Origin: the human T2T-CHM13v2.0 reference genome, Homo sapiens
Length of the DNA stretch: 64,000 bases
Strand: one strand, 5' to 3'
NCBI RefSeq assembly: GCF_009914755.1
Contig: NC_060934.1
Both the position numbers and the translations under genes were made by a program. Positions 60,656 through 64,000 of the stretch are shown here, in pieces. Numbering within the stretch: position 1 is the first letter of the stretch; each line of letters begins with the position of its first letter. Below the pieces are notes generated by a model that searched no databases, was not told the origin of the DNA, and saw nothing but the letters and a program-made list of their open reading frames with translations.

Positions 60656-62868
60656 AAAGTCCCTGATATCACAGATGCTATTGGAGCCCTCTAGTTTAGT
60701 TCTCTTTTTCTAGAAATATGGATTTATTTTAAAAGATTTGTTTTCAGAGTACCTGATATTGTTGATTTTTTATTCTTTCAGAAAGTCTGTTTCTAGGTAT
60801 TTCATAACATTTTCATATAAAACTTTAATCTTTTTAATAGCAGGGACTTTATTTTGATTAATGTGCTGGCCCCAACAGTATGAATGAGATAATAATAAAT
60901 TGATGACTGCTTCAAAAGGAGAAGCACAAGATGATATGAGAACATATATAAGTAGACTTAAACTGGACTAGGAAGTTAAGGAAGATTTCCCTGAACAAGT
61001 TGCCTTCAGAGTGAGGTCTGAAGAATGATACTGATTAGCCAAGTGAGAGATTTGAGTGTAGATGTCAATTAGATAGTTGTAATTTAAGTCAAGAGCTCAG
61101 AGATAGTTCTGGGCTAGAGCTATTAAATTTTGGGACTCACCTAGAGAGAATGTATTGAAAGAAAATGGACAGTACCCTGCAGAACCTCAGGATTTTCAAA
61201 AACTTGAGTGAAGAGTCTAAGACGGCTTCATGAAAGATGGGCAGAACACGTTACTGAGTGGAGTTGACATCACCTAGGGAGAGAGTATTTGAAGGCATGA
61301 TCAACCCATGTTGATTGCTGCTGAGCTGTCAACTAGAATAAGGACTAAGAAGCAGCAATCAGAGGTCATTGGTGGCCTTCAGGAAAGGGAGCAGATTGAG
61401 GTAATAAGCAGGGCAAAAGCCAAATTGTAAGGAGTTGAGCAGAAGGAAGAGCAGAAATGGGATATCTATTAATAAAATTCATTACATTAATAGATTACAG
61501 TTGGAAAAGCATATGATTGTTTTTAAAAAGGCGATGTAGAGGGAAGGAGGGAAAAATGGTGGAGGAGAGGTGAAAGGAGAGGAAGAAGGAGAGGGAGAGC
61601 TTCACTCTGACATCATGATTAACAATGAAACTCTAGAAGTATTTCCATAAAAGTTAGTAATAAGGGAGGGTATCCAATATCATCACTATTATATAACAGT
61701 GTTCTAAAAGTATCAGCCAGTAAAATTAGAAACACAGTAAATATTGGAAAACAAAGACAAAATTGTCATTAGTTGAAGCTGATACAACTTGATTTCACTG
61801 GGTTTTCTATGTTTAGTTGCATCCTCCACCATTCTTCCCTCCCTCCCACTACATCTCCTTTTTGAGACATTCATATTTCCAACTGTAATCTATTGATGTA
61901 ATAAATTTTATTTATATATATCCTATCACTAACCTTACTTAGCTGTGCACTCTTAGTCTTCTAATGTATTACTGAATTTTATTTGATAACATCTTCTTTA
62001 AGATTTTTGCATCAGTATATGTGAGATTCATCTTTGTGTGTGTATTATGTTGATTTCACAAAAAGCATACTGACGCTTTTTTCTTTCTCTGCTTGGAAAA
62101 ATGTACGTACTATAATTATCTATTCCTTCAGGGTTCAAAAGAATTAACCTATGAAACGGTTTGTGGCAACTCTTCTTGGTGGTGGTGGTGGTGGAGAAAG
62201 AAGTTGTTCAAATTTTAAGCAGATATTAGAGCTGTTGACTTCCCAGAGCAGTTTAGCTTCCATTTGTCTTCTTACCTGTCAGTGTTTGCTCTTCCATTCC
62301 CACTTCTAATTCGTGCCACCACATCTGTTATTTTCTGGCATTTGACTTTTCTCCTCTTTCTTCCTTCATTCTGACCTTGCCCACTGAGCTTTTAGCCCAT
62401 AACTATGATTAGTCAGCCAGTTTCATTGGGTTTTGAATAATCTCCATTTTTAACTTCATAGCTATTTTTATATTTATACTATTTTCTGCTACTCAGTGTT
62501 TTTTTCCCACTGCCAGATATTATCTTTGATTTATTATTTTTTAACCACAGGATTGGAGCCTATTCTTACTCCTTGAGATTGCCAAAATGTGAACATCCAT
62601 TTTTAAAAAAGATATTATTAATACTGTACTATTGTATTAAGCCTCTTAGGTTATGTTCTGTTTAAATATGGCAAACCAAGCTTTCCAACCTGTTTTGCCA
62701 TCCCTGCAGCATCTAGTGCCTCTCCACCTTCCAGCCTCACCCAGCAGCTTCTTTGTGCTAAAGGCATGCTGCCCTCTTTTGTGTTCCTAGATTGTACCCT
62801 GCTTCCTCCTGCCTCAGGACCGTTGACTGTGTTCTATTTGGAATACTTTTTTAATCCTTTATCTAGTT

Positions 62869-63390
62869 TGTGGGTCCCCAACCCCTGGGCCAGTACTGGT
62901 CCGTGGCCTGTTAAGAAGTAAGCCACATAGCAGGAGGTGAGTGGCGGGTGAGTGAGCAAAGCTTCATCTGTATTTACAGCAACTCCCCATCACTCACATT
63001 ACCACCTGAGCTCTGCCTCCTATCAGATCAGCAGCAGTTATTAGATTCTCGAACATAAACCCTCTCGTGAACTGTGCATGTGAGGGATGTAGATTGCATG
63101 CTCCTTATGAGAATCTAATGGCTGATGATTTGCCACTGTCTCCCGTCACCCCCAGATGGGACGGTCTTGTTGCAGGAAAACAAGCTCAGGGATCCCACTG
63201 ATTCTACATTATGGTGAGTTGTGTGATTATTTCATTATAGATAACAATGTAATAAAAATAGAAATAAAGTGCACAATAAATGTAATGCAATTGAACCATC
63301 CTGAAGCCACTCCTCTCCCTCCCGTGGTCCATGGAAAAATTGTCTTCCACAAAAACAGTCCCTGGTGCCAAAAAAGGTTGGGGACTGGTG
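62869..63390. mobile_element. MER1A hAT element
   Basis: gggtccccaacc...ggttggggactg TIRs, about 520 bp, perfect 8-bp TSD atctagtt at 62861-62868 and 63391-63398. Confidence 0.9.
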
Positions 63391-64000
63391 ATCTAGTTAA
63401 CTTTTTCATTCTTCTGATCTCAGCTCAAATGTTACATCTTCAGGAAATCCTTCTGTGATACTCCACCCTCCCAATTCCATATTAGGTCAGCTCTTCTGGT
63501 TATATTCTCTCATTGCCCTCTGTGCTTTTTCTTCAAAGCATTGTAATTACACACTTGTATGATTATTTGATTCCTGTCTGTTTCTTCCACTAAAGTATAA
63601 ATTTTCACAGAGAGAGGAACTACATTTGCTTACAAATGTATTTCTGAAATGTGCTTAGTTTGTTCACTCATTCAGTAATACTTGTGCACTTTTTGTGTAT
63701 CAGGCATTGTTATAGGACCTGGTGTTACTGTAGTGACCAAGAAAAGAAGAAAAAAATCCCTGCCCCCATGGAGCCTACATTCCAGTATGAGAGAGGGAGG
63801 GAGTGGAGAAAAATAAGGGAGGGAAGAGGGATAGATAGATAAGGGGTGGGGTTGCAGTGGGGTGTGTGGTACAGTTTTACATAGATGTCCAGGGAAAGCC
63901 TCATTAATAAGGCGAGTTTTGAATAAGACCTGAAAGAGGTAAGGGAATCAAACAAGTGAATACCTGGGGGAATATCATTTCACAGAGAAGGAATAGCTGA

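Overview
This is human or great-ape nuclear DNA (Alu, L1PA, THE1/MST, Tigger and MER content), not prokaryotic. About 38 kb of repeat-rich intergenic sequence is followed by the CpG-rich promoter and first four coding exons of a + strand gene. The spliced product ([108 protein letters not shown]...MLKS) is one I recognise from memory as CCDC172 (C10orf96; 10q25.3, near GFRA1); the gene continues past the window end. Almost all ORFs in the supplied track are Alu, L1, Tigger, MaLR or low-complexity artefacts. I found no CRISPR array, RNA gene or previously undescribed multi-gene system. The most unusual signals are structural: two perfect non-tandem 69-bp and 42-bp local copies at 7-9 kb that look like templated insertions, one L1 target site used twice in succession, two twin-primed (5'-inverted) L1s, a reconstructable full-length Tigger1, nested Alus, and a THE1 LTR retaining only a stub of internal sequence. 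Repeat subfamily names come from remembered consensus sequences, and boundaries of old repeats are approximate.
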